A stretch of 64,000 nt of DNA from Neocallimastix sp. 'constans' (Eukaryota). Shown here piece by piece: positions 13,401 to 25,899 of this stretch. The stretch lies in assembly GCA_050613775.1 (NCBI GenBank), contig JBODTK010000105.1, positions 1 through 64,000 on the forward strand. Direction: 5' to 3'. The notes under the pieces were generated by a model. It ran no database searches. It saw only the letters and a list, made by a program, of their open reading frames with translations, and was not told where the DNA came from. The position numbers and the translations under genes are program-made. Positions within the stretch are counted from its first letter, which is position 1, and every line of letters starts with the position of its first letter.

Positions 13401-13967
13401 AGCACTGATATTATCAGAGAAGGTTCTCATAAATATAGAAATATCCACGTCAATGACAATATGTTTAAAACCATACTGAGGCACTGAGTCTTTACATGAA
13501 TTAACATTATTCAGATTTGTCGTCGAAGATTTGTTATTGGTATTATAACTTGAAAAAGGAATATCGGAAAGATCCATTCTTTCTAAATTACTTTGATTAT
13601 AATTTAAATTATCTATATGATTAACGAGGGCTTCATTACTAACATTCCTACCTATAAATTTATCTTTAGTAGAAGCATTCATTTGTCGTTTACCATTATG
13701 GTTATCAACATCTAAAATGACTGAATCTAGAGGTGAAAATTCAACAGAAGAGTTATCACAGTAGATATTATTATTTGAAGCACTTTTATAAAATGCATGA
13801 TATTGTATTATTAATAAATCCACAGGTTTTTTCACCTCTTTCAAATAACTTAAATCGGAATTCCAGAGAGCAAAACTTTTTATAATATCTCCATCAAATA
13901 ATGGCTTTTGATAGCAAATTTGCCATTTATAATTACTAATATTGGTTTCGTTTTCTTTACTATCCAT
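4473..13967 (-). CDS. Large multi-TM glycosyltransferase family 4 protein, Gtb3/PelF-like (galactosaminogalactan/Pel-type synthase homologue); C-terminus appears truncated
   Basis: 3164-aa intronless ORF with central clusters of hydrophobic helices. C-terminal motifs DSGTWPTGGGSVGNCRRDL, HASHHG, WDHDIFWR, PIVNGM and VMISHINSVKDIQNAIYAA resemble, from recall, the Aspergillus Gtb3 and PelF GT4 family. Confidence 0.75.
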   Translation of the reverse strand: MDSKENETNISNYKWQICYQKPLFDGDIIKSFALWNSDLSYLKEVKKPVDLLIIQYHAFYKSASNNNIYCDNSSVEFSPLDSVILDVDNHNGKRQMNASTKDKFIGRNVSNEALVNHIDNLNYNQSNLERMDLSDIPFSSYNTNNKSSTTNLNNVNSCKDSVPQYGFKHIVIDVDISIFMRTFSDNISALSIGEYIINRIRKVIEMGSINWIWGFYFSNLQDLINKYGMEDCQQFLFYFKKIFPYYAIFTDITKINVFEEIRDLIHGILLFNVVFHSNGRVKSRWEWDNMKFQDYVTALRNEINLRTDFIVLDIEVLTPEKIKHKKFHQYYQERSYYRKWLINNNFKGWISFDPNFNSLKCICPPEFSNVNDLDIYDMCSSSDVQSCHQLIMKMLPQLEWKDMPLNRSIWNKVLHELNLPIEITKRIPSITNVTQIELSDILLFQPPKPKFPSINEVIQESFTDQINLNLSQRKKNNSEFEIVRSTDSLNENSKSVNITSIHWENPNQDHRVFSTTAIGETYGNERRKQVEIKLIDIMINLLEKNLLRSINSPVPPPSPSNRQDNSKSPALLNRNGNDNLINSLSHDEYKPQPEMEEIIQFIDDIIHHPSSLVYCILNEVFDGYEVAIQYFKDLREKLINNQVSIYISTNSSFILKESPENLPYKKVWAIMGLDDNDRFYIFIPENTPNIVELIINCYFRRFFYHDAGKCLLLESLVVAQARPDSLPISHRILYEIENSSYSELFYFIRNTYLTQSSLENKIKNPVERELLTAYASYVSDYSHYLLIEKFDYLDKIKEQVKKGYTPVYVPEREMYEFVAYCTLDPSGDKLIREFSHRIMDSMIRNHYHTDSSEALALSYLFMLFWKACRRVAWINMESSLINMNPCFIPDYDQVAVGMEMITTPSNLKMMFDLNSHQLAKYMHPFLRKNVKESSEIKKNLNSILDNMDKGTDTKMVRSLANTFLFIYPIILDLILILCMNSGIFINGYMDNRTKDVLSFIFILMFPICGGLMNSMVRTCTFYYFNKSFSLMTAAFLRRYSASLIILSITSILIGIGTLFRTNYDVILMILFIIYTFLFGHYLILFANLSSIKNINVWFFKNKGSMLALLGTVILLIPNLICYFIFKNTNTNIDTNANIYSNTNIDTYTNTNTNTNTNTNTNTNININTYSDTYSYSNINLNTNLNININSNVDINTNTNIDGVTKSSYSKIILAIYDLGFLIANLVMLFGYRRLSHDCLNFTNKIRIPTKEEILDFYALNHPKPTLFVGESQNNYLKRVTLWERSARIYYRSMINEASKNVTNRNLNPGNGNDHSLIYERIQQQNWEEELMNWYLQRSGTTAPLQYSQEWDTVLEEALEELRKKNQEEKINRGDLLFDFERVAIYFGIFYFIYIFIDKWSFFILEGKSYLFLPDQLKNRMNIPFEDYLYGSLYATLFLFICSGFLKWFIHQLLVSKNEGEEEKNSRLDWFTSREIMIQCRKNNMYVYRTELIKFLFIIFVMLLMTTGIIFLIHGYNQKVFQTFGILAFGFVGFLIGLFHKLFFLSRECEVRLNKYLIIIILFGIGVSAFLKFYVGTPLYSFYSTCISGWLFCSIAVIIYYGRFNSEVHYSLHLSSPPSSSPFPFPFPSPSPSPSPSLPSIPTPPPHHSLFSFSSSSSASSSPFLHLASSGQRFIGQKNDILARENLEIYLRKIAHKNFITPSEILLKSVYGKILDAKDNFRTLSSRNILKICFPDADDLLQDIYECFYNGGIKVKIAPEEVFNIRGERYCAISHKIKEKDILVVYTFLPQITSDYTTSDQINPKITEWVAAAVVHEFAEQNAGYSHAEAALLELLMKNGENLGELPIRYLYQICVSDKRELKKLIYGYVELEKKKALFDIDIDSEWERLKRNTKLFLIQLNTIWYKYINRISKNYNIESISINGRIPSDLNRLLHKKHNSLMKMNQIIALSVLSIYIARRINDFCISEKLPKEIRLNRKRSLKKQASKERFNRRYSLSRSISRKLPVSLKERMKRGNKSFTSSSSSFTSSSSSSSSSSSSSNPFNSSSSNSINVISNIRNKFIEGLEELEFIIYLALTGDDRFGREFSSSTHHFYFTRLLFFIIFKISHKIRWILTKKFYLSENNIKNLLVQMKRGRFRDHYYNKENQIERIHSYNSSLNHVVSLIEGHHKGYLVSTRFHQQQQTKATTVDWKPTENDRPFSIGFFNYNTGQLVKEHELDANRNVLFTTYYEYTNECQLFPRKIYKLYGEISSANCRDFVQIANSPELCEEHYLTGNELSLITMSVLHVRNRHGEPVDIQVTYTYDHENTTLHYAQHDFTTYKCKSEKWVMVVYYAEKWRNDDPKFSKGTPPSSFSIPSPSSLTLTSPKLKKVHFYSLTDPQNEYVTEFDYSHPYYVKNTTVLLSSSDASGEEKFNPIPVPTPKEIAEDPYGLLSRSPPHSFYFNNELLTYYLYKESKSFPIFSKKGKKISYFTEPYSTPRCRQELWNFWKASNLAGVFARDIDEAILRKEKTLQSYWKHRDMGYRKRACQDLQREAEALDTILMINDLPTLPSNLPLRFNDLAILATGGDAIERSSSKALRIQRAKIGTNTNTDTKVGTNVITNANTKVGTNVNTNTDTNIDTNTNTNTNAEVTHPSFSYISTISHSKSKSFQPNIILPSIHDPQTQTISINDDSNSMYNDYNNDISIDISNYYFDNDDGNDDGNDDGYDDYDYDYNHRNHYNNNFSKDNHNDNCNDNCNDKSHGNSNDDNDGNNIDEILEVVNLDSGTWPTGGGSVGNCRRDLIDYLDHLRWTAIVEIGRRRRRKELVQRNFQIEKNITSIHCLPLWDNDFDFPSPHENIYCGDHDYLSLRRKTQATRDNIIESIFLPLVKLLIQGMVETKFTENNLDRYEKLFIDFYLYFQKCDWSISWNHKKTRICWLKTWLEHCKKELNRGNILSIEIPTVSEIEMLFSLTTRLLLPITTKIPNVSVFHASHHGVQAIIGVVAKALYNAQLILWDHDIFWRKHLLSLCYSDSMPRFIQNGYVGLTRLMTWLIFSKADYITPCKSMPNVTWEEWLGGKKFNNNQRRMMETREKIYPIVNGMKVTKFIPQPDLENPTPLAVMISHINSVKDIQNAIYAANIIVNKMNIRSYKLHIYIYYGPLQKDPDPNPNPKLPVKEDFI

Positions 13968-13997
13968 TTTATGATATTATAATAATTTATAATTTAT

Positions 13998-14045
<48 letters not shown>

Positions 14046-14587
14046 AAAAAAAAATAATAATAATTAAAGCAATTATTATTTTGTTTTTATATATATTTAT
14101 ATATATATATATATATATATTTAAATATTTTATATATTTTTTCTACGATACACAAATAGGAAAATGAAGCAAATATTTTATATATATTAGAATAAAAATG
14201 ATTATTAATTATTACTTGACTGAAATATAAATTATTAATAATAAATTATCAAAAAAAAAATGACTAATTATTAATTATCATGATGTAAACCATACTAATG
14301 TTTATTATATATAAAAATTTTCGTCACCGATAAAAGCAAATATATATATATCGGTTGTCTATTTGTGATTGTTTTTGCTTTTATTTTAGTTTTGTTTTTC
14401 TTTATTTAGTTTTATTTATTGAAAATTTTTATTTGACTATAAACTATTAAATAAATGACATAAATACTTTTATTATAAATTTTTAAATTAAAGTATTTTT
14501 TATTTTTTTAAATATATGTACAATTATAAATTTTTTAATTTCTTTTTTTTTTTTTTTTTTTTTTTTTGTTTGTTTGTTTGTTTGGTT

Positions 14588-14620
<33 letters not shown>

Positions 14621-16299
14621 CTGTTCTTTTTTGTTTTGTTTATAACTTTTTGTAATAAATTTTTTGAAATAAATTAGGGTATATTAATTATTAATCATAC
14701 TTTTTTTTTTTTTTTTATTATTATATAAATTTATTAAAATTAATAATAAAGTTTTCAATACTTGAAATAATAAAAAAAAAAAAAAATAAAAATAAAAATA
14801 AAAATAATAATAATAATAAATGATAAAAAGATTGAATTAAAATTTAAAGTTAAAATATATATATATATTTATTATTATTATTATATTTTTTTAACTTTAA
14901 TTATTTTAATTTTTAATGAGGTTTTGATACTTTAAAAATGCGTATGGATTTAAGTAATGATTGTTATTATTATAATTTTACAATGATTATTGCTATGAAC
15001 ATATATATTTAATATTTTTTGAGTTTTAAGTTTCAAAATAAATATTAAGATTTTTAATTGAATTTTAAATTAGTTTGGTTTTATTAACAAATTGAACTAT
15101 AGCTATAAATTAAAACTTTGGAATAATTGAGTTTATTTTAATAATATATTTAAATTAGGACAACAATATAAGCAGTATATATATATATGTAAATAGTTTA
15201 TAAATATGTATTTATTATTAGAATAAATATATAATATATAATTATATAATTATTATTATAATATATTTATAATATATAATTAGCATAAAAATATGTAATT
15301 AGTATTAAAATATATAAATAAATAAAATAAATAATATAGAAATATAAAATTAATATAGAAATAAGTAAACAATATGAAGATTATTTATATACTTGTTTTT
15401 TAGGACTTTATTAATTTAAACCTTTTACATTAAATTTGTTATATAATAATTATAATAATTTAAATGATTGTTCATTACTTTCTTTGAAAAATTAGTTATT
15501 TTTTAAGCAAGGTCTGAATTGAATATAACAATTTAGATAAATATGAATTTATTGAAATAAAATAGTTTTCTCTTTTGTCTTTATTTATAAATATACATAT
15601 ACATATATATATATTATAAAATTAATAATTTCCTGAGTTTTTTTCTTTTTTTAGTTTGAATTTTATCTTTAAAATAGATAACTATATTTATATATAAATA
15701 TTATAGAACAGTTTTCTTTTGTGCGAAATGCTTTTGAGTTTTATTAATATTATATAATATTTTTAAAAAAGAATTATTTTTTTCATAACTTTAAATATAT
15801 ATGAAAAAAAGAAAAAAAATGATATTTTAATAATAAATGAACTTCTTTTAATTTAGTTTCCTTTTATACTTTATATATTATTTTGTTTTAAAATGATTTG
15901 TTTTACAATGTATAATTATTTCTTAAAAATTAATTTAAAAAAAAATCATACATTTTCAAAAAAAAAAAAAAAAAATTGTATTTTTTTTTTCTCTTATACT
16001 ATTATTATTATTTTCAATAATGAATATTATTTTTAAAGAGTCTTTTTTATTAATTTATAAAAAAGAAGAATTATCTTGTTTTATGATTAAAAAAAAGAAA
16101 AATAAAATTTTCTATTTTTCAATCTTTTTTTTTATAAAATCAATGAAATATTTATTATTTATACTTTGAATTGAATATAGTATATTCTAATATATATAGT
16201 TAATAAAATTAAATATAAATTAAAACTATTAAATAATTAAAAAATAAAAAAAAAAAAAACCTTTTTAAATAAGGAAAAAAAAAAAAAAAGAAATTCATA

Positions 16300-16340
<41 letters not shown>

Positions 16341-17259
16341 AAAATAATAAATATTAAATAAATAAATATTAAATAAATGAATAATAGAATAATAAAATAA
16401 TAAATAATTGAATAATAAATGAATAATAAATAAAAATCTACATTAATGAGAAAGTTAATATAATATTTATCATTTTTTAAATATAACCTTTTAAAATTTA
16501 ATAATGCTATTAACATCAAATCAGTTCAACTACAGAGAGAATATTTTTTCAATACAAAATATATTTATATAAGAAAAAAAAAAAGCGTGACAATAAAAAT
16601 ATTTCTTTTTTTATGAAACATAATATATTATTAAATTTATTAAATATAATATTGCTTCTTTTGATAAAAGAAGTTGATATTTTAAAATATTTTCTTTTTT
16701 ATATATGATTGAATATTCTCTTGAAAGCTGTAATAAATTAAACATAATATTGATAAAAATATTATACTAATAACAATAATAAAATATTCAAATAAAATAA
16801 TAATAATATATAAATAATGATAATTAATAATAACACTAATAATTAGTAATGCTAATAATAATTAATACTGATAATAATAATTAGTAGTGTTAATAATAAT
16901 TAATAATAACACTAATAATTAGTAGTGTTAATAATAATTAGTAGTAATCATGATTAATGGATAATAGATAAAAAAATAAAAATTCTCTTTTTTAAAAAAT
17001 CTTAAATTTTCTGTATTACAAACCAACAAAATACCAAAAAAATACCAAAAAAAAATTTTTTCATTTGATTTTAATATTAATTAAATTTTTTTTTTTTTAA
17101 ATTAAATTAAAAAGATTTAAATGTGTCACAAATTCTCTTTATATATGTACTTTACATTGTTAATATATGCTTAATACTTTAATTTAAATAGAATATTTAA
17201 ATTATTATATATATAAAATAAATCAATAATCCTCACTTGTAAAAAATTAAAATTAAAAT

Positions 17260-17780
17260 TTAAATAATAATAAATAATAAATAATAAATAATAAATAATT
17301 AAATAATAAATAATAATAAATAATAAATAAAATAATAAATAATAAATAATTAAATAATAAATACTAAATAATAAATAATAAATAATAAATAATAAATAAT
17401 AAATAATAAATAATAAATAATAAATAATAAATAATAAATAATAAATAATAAATAATAAATAATAAATAATAAATAATAAATAATAAATAATAAATAATAA
17501 ATAAATAATAAATAATAAATAATAAATAAATAATAAATAATAAATAATAAATAATAAATAATAAATAATAAATAATAAATAATAAATAATAAATAATAAA
17601 TAATAAATAATAAATAATAAATAATAAATAATAAATAATAAATAATAAATAATAAATAATAAATAATAAATAATAAATAATAAATAATAAATAATAAATA
17701 ATAAATAATGGAATAATGAATAATAAATAATAAATAATAAATAATGAATAATAATGAATAATATTAATAATAATAATTAA
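17260..17780 (+). repeat. (AAATAAT)n heptamer tandem array
   Basis: Directly visible tandem units. Confidence 0.95.
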
Positions 17781-18509
17781 AAACCTACAGAAAGGCAATA
17801 AAACTAATTCTATAAAAAAATAATAAAAAATATTAAGTCTTACATCCTTTTTATTATTTCAAATATCTATAAAATAAAAAACTATATTTTATAATATGTA
17901 ATTGTAATAATTGTGATTTATTTTCTTATATTCAATGTAGTAATTAAATAATTATGTCATTAGATTAATTATTATTCTTATTTATATTTAATTATTCAGA
18001 TATGTTCTATTAACTATATTTCATTTAATGTATATTTTTTAGGCTGTATTATATTAAAACAAATTTCAATGGATATGAGAACATGAATTTAACTTGGAAA
18101 TATATGATAGCTAAAATGAATGGAAGAAAATAGTGTTTAAATGCAAATATCATTAATAACGTATTAATGAAAATATATAAACTATCAATAAAATAAATAT
18201 TTATAGATAATAATAATTAAAATTTAAAAAAATTTAAATTATATATATATATTTTTTAATAATTAATAACTTGCTATTCAATATTGTTAAACGAAAATGA
18301 TTGTAAAAAAAAAAAAAAATCTAATGAATTGATAGCATATTGTAAATAAGAATTCTTATAGTAAAAGTTTATATTGCTGCTTTTTTTTTGTATAGTTTAT
18401 AAAACTTATGAATTTAATATAATTTCTTTTTAAATCATCCAAATTTTAAACTATTGATATAATAAATGATATTTGTTGTAATTTTTAATATTTATTTTTA
18501 AATACTTTA

Positions 18510-19050
18510 TTATTTATTTATTTATTATTATTTAATTATTTAATATTTAATTATTTAGTATTTAATTATTTAGTATTTAATTATTTATTATTTCTTATTT
18601 ATTATTTATTATTTATTATTTATTATTTATTATTTAATTATTTATTAATTATTAATTATTTATTAATATTTATTATTTATTATTTATTATTTATTTATTA
18701 TTTATTATTTATTTATTATTTATTATTTATTTATTATTTATTATTTATTATTTATTATTTATTATTTATTTATTATTTATTATTTCTTATTTATTATTTC
18801 TTATTTATTATTTATTATTTATTATTTATTATTTATTATTTATTATTTATTATTTATTATTTATTATTTATTATTTATTATTTATTATTTATTATTTATT
18901 ATTTATTATTTATTATTTATTATTTATTATTTATTATTTATTATTTATTATTTATTATTTATTATTTATTATTTATTATTTATTATTTATTATTTATTAT
19001 TTATTATTTATTATTCCATTATTTATTATTTATTATTTATTAATATTTAT
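18510..19050 (-). repeat. (ATTATTT)n heptamer array, reverse complement of the 17.3-17.8 kb array
   Basis: Directly visible tandem units. Confidence 0.95.
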
Positions 19051-22029
19051 TTTTTATATAAAAATGGTTCAATAGAATAGCAATAAATGTTTAAATGTAC
19101 TATTAATAAATGTTAATCAATAATATATTATATATTCTAGTATAGTGTTAATCTATCAAAATAAGTGACACAATTAATTTAAATAAAAATTGAAAGTTAA
19201 ATAAAATAAAAAAAAAAAAAAGATTAAACAAATAAAAAATTTACTTAAAAATATTAATTATTAACAATAAAGTTAACTCAATTAGAAAGATCTTGCATAC
19301 ATTAAGCCTAGTCAGATGCATATAAATATTATAAATATTATAAATATTATAAATATTGGTAAAATCAAAGTTATATTTTAAATTTTGTTTTTTTTTTTTA
19401 TTTTACTTTTATCGGTAGGTATGATGATTTCTTTTTTTTTTTTATATATATTAATAAATTAATAAAAACATAATGAATAAATAATGAATATAAATAATAA
19501 TATATAATAAACATAAATAAATATAAATAAATAATAAATAATAAATAATAAATATAAATAATAAATAAATATATAATAAATATAAATAATAATATATAAT
19601 AAATATATATAAATGTAAATATAAATATAAATATAATAATAAATATAAATATAAATATAATAATAAATAATAAATAATAAATATATATAAATAATAAATA
19701 ATAAATATATATAAATAATAAATATTTAAATATATATTTTTTTTATTTTTTTCTTCATTTTTTTTTATTTCCTTTTTTGTAACTATTTCATATTTAAACT
19801 TTTTTATATTTAAATTTATTTAATTATTAATTTTTTTTTATATTTAAATAATTAATAATAATATTTTTATTATTGCTATCTCCTAAATATATTTTATTTT
19901 ATCATTGTTATAATTAGATATATCTTATATATGCTTATTTTATATTTTTATTTTATTTATAGTTATTTTTATATCTTTTATAATTATTTTATATTTTTAT
20001 TTTATTTTTATTGTATTTTTAGTTATTTTTATATCTTTTATAATTATTTTATATTTTTATTTTAATAATAGTTATTTTTATTTTATCTATTTTTTATAAT
20101 TTTTTTTTGATTTTTTAATCTCTAATTTATACCTAAAAGGAAATTTTTTTATGTAACAAAAAATATAAAGGATTAGATTTTAAAATAAATAAAAATTACA
20201 AAAAAAAAAAAAAAAAAAGAAACTATAATTGAAAGGACAATAACATTTTATTCTATGTTTTATTTGTATATACAATACCATAACAAAATAATAAAATATT
20301 GTCTCCTATTGATATTTAATAGAATACCACAATATTATTAATTTAAATATAAATATATCATTTTTTTTATATATATTTATTAATTATTCAAAATTTATTT
20401 AAAAAAAATTAAACCTTATAACTTTACTATTACATTAAGGTTTAATTGATAGTTTTAAAACATTAAAAAGGCTAATGCATGTTTTTGGGCAATTGTTATT
20501 AGTATTGTTTATACATATTATATGCATATATATTATTTAATAATATATCACAAACTAAAATATATAATATTTAATATTTATTTTAATATGGAAAACAGAT
20601 ATATTTTTATATGCATATTTGAGACTTTATTAGAATGTTATATACAGAATCTTTGTCATGATGAAATTATTCATAATATTGTAACATAGCAAATTATTAA
20701 TAATATATATTCTAATTAATAATCGAAAATATGTTTCTCTCTCTCTCTCTTTTTAATTGTTTCTTTCATTTGTACTAAAATAAAATAAAATAAAAATAAA
20801 ATAAAATGAAAATAATTAAAAGAAAAATTTTTTTGTTAATTAATACTATATATATACATAATTAAAAAAAATATTTGAACACAAATCCAATTTTTTTTTT
20901 TTTTAATCAAAATCTTTATTAAAAATTTTATAAATGAATAATATTTTTAAATATTTTTATTTTAATTTTATTTTATTCTTATTTTATTTTTATTTTTATT
21001 TTTATTAATGCTTCTATATACATTCAACAATCTTTTATTGATATTCAACAGTCTTTATGCGTTTATTTAAAAATAAATTTAAAATAAATTTTAAAAAAAA
21101 AAATAAAAATTAATAAAATTATTTAAAATTGTCCATTTTTTAATTTTTTAAAAAAAAAAAAAAAAAGAAGATTAATTGCATAAAATTTTAAATTTACTAT
21201 AATATAAAATAAAGTTTATATCATTTTATGGATCTTCCATTTAATTGTATACCAAAAAAAATTAATTTTTTTTTTAATTTATGGATTATTAAATAATAAT
21301 AATTATAATAATATATAATAATAAAATAAATAAATAATATTTAATAATATTTATAATATTAATAACATTAATAATAATATCTTATATAGAACATATATCA
21401 CGTGAATATATTTAAGATATTTATAATTATCATTTTATTAATATTAATACTTTTTTATCCTTGAAAATAATCAAATCAACCACCGTCTAATATTTATTAC
21501 AAGGATTAAATAAATATAAAGTAATAAAATATAAGAATACAATATATAATTAATATAATAAATAATATCAACTATATATATTTAATTATAATATAATATA
21601 AATAATTATATCATTCTCATTATATTATAATATATAAAAGAATGATGCATATTTAATATAAACTTTAAGATAAATAAGAATATTAAAGTTTTATATAATA
21701 AAAATTTTATTATATAATATATAAGAATAAAATAATTCTTTAATATATTTAATATTATAGTTAATAATATGAATAAGAAATTATTTCAGAAATTATTATT
21801 GACAAAAAAGATATAAATTTCAATATTTAATAATTATTATTAAATATATTGAATAATATATATAATTACTAATAATTAACGTATTTACAAGCTACACCAA
21901 GTTACTAAAAATATTTAAAAGGATTGTTAGCATAAATTTAAACAGCATAAAATAAATGTATTAATCAATTTATATAAAATATAAATATAAATACCGTTAG
22001 TTAATATATCTATTTAGATACTGAAGTTT

Positions 22030-23027
22030 ATTCTTTTCTATAAAAAGTTATCTCTATTGAAATGATAACTGACATCCTATACATTTTAATTTTGTATTAA
22101 TTTCACCATTTTCCTTTATACATTAATTTGCTTGATTATCAATAAAGATCATTATATTTAATTTTTTATTTAATATTTCTTTAATAATTTTCCTTAATCA
22201 TAGTATTTTCTTGACATTTTCTGAAGTACTTATATATTCAGTTTCTCTAGTAGAAGTAGCAATATATGATTGATTTTTTAGATATCTAACATATATTACT
22301 TTTTCTCATTAAAATAATTTCACCTGAAATAGATTTTCTTTCAGTCTTATCACCTACAAAAATCCGAGTCTCTGTAAGTAATTAACTTCTCCCTTCTTAT
22401 CCTTATCATATTTTATTTTATAATCTTTTGTACTTTTTTATATATTTTAAAATGATAACTCCTTTTTTCCGGTCTAAAATTGTTGGTTATTCACTTTTCC
22501 TTGGAAGCTTTGTTTAAGGAGAAGGAGATTTCTGGTCATATATATTTTGATAAATAAATTGGAGATCCAATTGTACTTTTGTATATTGTTTTGTCAAAAG
22601 GTTTTTTTTTTTTTTTTTTATTTTTAGATATGTCGTTGTCTTTTGTGAAAGGCGTTTTTCGTTTTCGAGTATTGTTCATGATGAATTACTCAAGAATATT
22701 TTCAATAAAACCTTTATTAGAAATTATATAACTATTACTTTTTTTTTTTTTTTTTTACTTTAATTCTTAAAATATATTCTATTGATCTGCCATTTGATAT
22801 TTTGAATTTTCTTTTCAATTTTTTGATACTATATCTTTGATAAATTTCGTTTCTCCAGCAATAATTATATCATCGACGTAGAGTCCAATGATATATTTAG
22901 CTTTATTATGTTATGTACGTTTGAATATGTATTGTTCAGCTTTTTTATTTGTTTAAAAATTATTATTAATTAAAAATTTTTTTTGTTGTTTTATACCATT
23001 GTCTACCTGATGGCTTAAAGGCCATAT

Positions 23028-23082
<55 letters not shown>

Positions 23083-23227
23083 TAAGTTTCTAGTATCCCC
23101 TTCTCTCAAAGCTTATATTTCCTTTATGAATGGTAGTGTAAATATCTTTTGTCAAGAGGAGCATTAAAATAAGTAGCCTTAATTATTAAGTTGGAAGATG
23201 GTCCTAATGAAAAAAACAGTAGATAAT

Positions 23228-23270
<43 letters not shown>

Positions 23271-23330
23271 ATTTAAGATTATCAATATTTATTGTTGGGA
23301 AATAAGAAATATCGAATAATTTAATACCTC
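22030..23330 (-). pseudogene. Decayed Ty1/copia RT-RNase H relic
   Basis: Minus strand reads IIGLYVDDIIIAG at about 22855-22892 and DSDF.GDKTERKS.SG near 22320-22375. Homologous to 35600-36730. Confidence 0.8.
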
Positions 23331-24310
23331 TTTTTTTTTTTAACCGAAACATTCAATTTTTTGAAAAATATTTATTATGAAAAAAAAAAAAAAATTTTTT
23401 TTTTTTTCACTTTCATCAAAAATCAAAAATTTTCGACATTTTCGACATTTTCAATGATTTTTTTTTTTAATCCAGTACCGTTAAATTTATTATTAGTAAA
23501 GTTGATATTATTGACAAAAATATTATGTTAATATATATATATTTTTTTCATAAAAATTAATATTATTTTTATTAATATATTTTCTTTTTAAAATTGTATT
23601 TTTTTTTTTTTTTTAAAATTATAATTTTCGTTATTGTTAATTTTTCTTAATTACTATTTATTATTTTTTTTGAGTAAAATATTAATTCTCTATACGAATT
23701 ATTATTATTATTTTTTTTAAGGAGTTTCCAAGTATTCATTTGTATTTACTGTTCAAGTCGATTTGAACAATATTTTTGTTATCATTGTTGGCGGCGGTAA
23801 ACACAAATAAAAGCATAGTTTTGTTTTCATGACCTTTCCTTAATTCTGATAAGAAAACTCCCTTAGATTCCATTTTTTTTTGATTTATTTTTTTTAAGAG
23901 TAGTTGATTCCTTCTGAATTAATGGATATATTAGTTCATAATACAAATTTAAAATCTGAGGTTTGGGATTGATTGATTTCACAATCGTATGGTTAGATGA
24001 GGGAGGTAAATTTGTTTGCAGAAAAAAACTTTGTTGAAAACATCCAAGAAATGAAATTCATTTTTTTTTTTTTAATTTTAGTCGGTAAACAAGCTTTTAA
24101 CGTTATCATCAATTTTTGTTATTGTTAATATAATTTTTTTTGCTATTTATTTCATTTCGTTTCGTTTCATTTTCATTTTAATTAGATTAGATATATTTGT
24201 TTTTCTGGATTGAATGAAAAGAGGATAAAGGTAGTAAAATGAATTTAAAATAATAAGAAAGGTAATTATTAATACAAATGATTTAATGATTTGAATTTAA
24301 AAGTGAAAAT

Positions 24311-24356
<46 letters not shown>

Positions 24357-24614
24357 GAAAAATCAATTGTTGAATTATGAGTGAAAAGTCAGTAAAAATA
24401 TCAAGAATTTCAGAAAAAAAAAAAAAAAAAAAAGATGATATAAATTCAACGACATTAAATATTTATTTTAATTTAATTTATTTTATTATTTATTTTATTA
24501 TTTTAAATATATAATTATTATTATTTAATTAATTTAATAAATAGTTGCATATTATCTTAAACATCTATCTATGCATATCATTTATATATCAGTATATGCA
24601 TTAAATTTGGGGGG

Positions 24615-24656
<42 letters not shown>

Positions 24657-25792
24657 CAAATTTGTGATTGTTAAAAATAGATTGAGATTGGTAATAAAGC
24701 TTTATTATTATGGAGAATTTGTTGAAGGAGGACCATCAATTCCTACTTATTTCGAGGTGGGTCGGCTTTTCTTGGAAGTGTAAAAAAGGAATGGTTAATT
24801 TTTTTTTCCTTTTTCTTTTCTTTTCTTTTTTTTTTTTTAGCTTTATAGTAGATGATCTATTAATATGGGCTTCCAAATAAAGACATATTGTATTTTTATG
24901 CCAAATATATGCATTTTATGTTCAAAAACATAGTCATTTTTGCAGAATATTTATATAAAAATATATTAGCAAAATGTGTTGTAAAAATGGCATACAAATA
25001 CAATCATACAACCATATTGTTCATATAAATAATATATGTAGAAATACAGCAAAGTTATGCAAAGCTAGTTGATCATCATATGTTTTTGATTGTTCAACTG
25101 GTCAAAAACATGCTTCAGAATATTTATAAAAACTAGCTAGGTTTTTGCAAAAATACTTCAAAACACTATCATCATATATATAATCATCACAGTTTTGAAG
25201 TTCATTGAATTCTGAATTTGTATTAAATTAATTGAATAACATCCCAGTTTTGTCATTCATTGAACTTCAAAAACATCATCATTTATAGTATTTCATAGCT
25301 GTTTTGTTCATTGAATTAATTAGGCCTGAAAAAATTAATTAAAATATACTGGTTTTTATCATTTATTTTATCAAAAACTATGCTACAACATCTATTGATT
25401 AAGCCTTCCAAATTTAGATATATATCAACAATATGGATTTTATCATCAAATATATGCAAAAATACTATGATTTTAAACCCAGAAAACATTTGTTTTTTTA
25501 TTTTTATTTTCTTTTTTTTTTTTTTTTTTGGATTGTTTGGTTACTACATTTGCTCACTCCCGACTAATCTCGACAAATCTATGCAGTTCCACTGCGTTCC
25601 ATGCTCGATTTTCTCGCTTGTCTCCGTGAGCAGCATTTGCGTAACGGGTTCTTTGTGTGTTTTCTGGGTTTCAAGATATATAAAAAGGAGTGAAATTTAA
25701 AGAAGATTGAATATTTTATATATATATATATATATATATTTTTATTTAGTTGGTCTAGAGAGGATTCCTTGGGTCTAGAGATTATTTATTAT

Positions 25793-25834
<42 letters not shown>

Positions 25835-25899
25835 GTTTAGGATTTTGGTAATGGGAGAAGTACTCGAAAGATGATTTATATATATATATATATATATAT

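Noticed and set aside
17364..17798. 144-aa hydrophobic ORF (FIIYYLL)n
   Set aside because: Translation of the heptamer satellite.
14000..22000. Hidden partner genes of a galactosaminogalactan cluster
   Set aside because: Region is near-pure AT low-complexity DNA with no credible exons.
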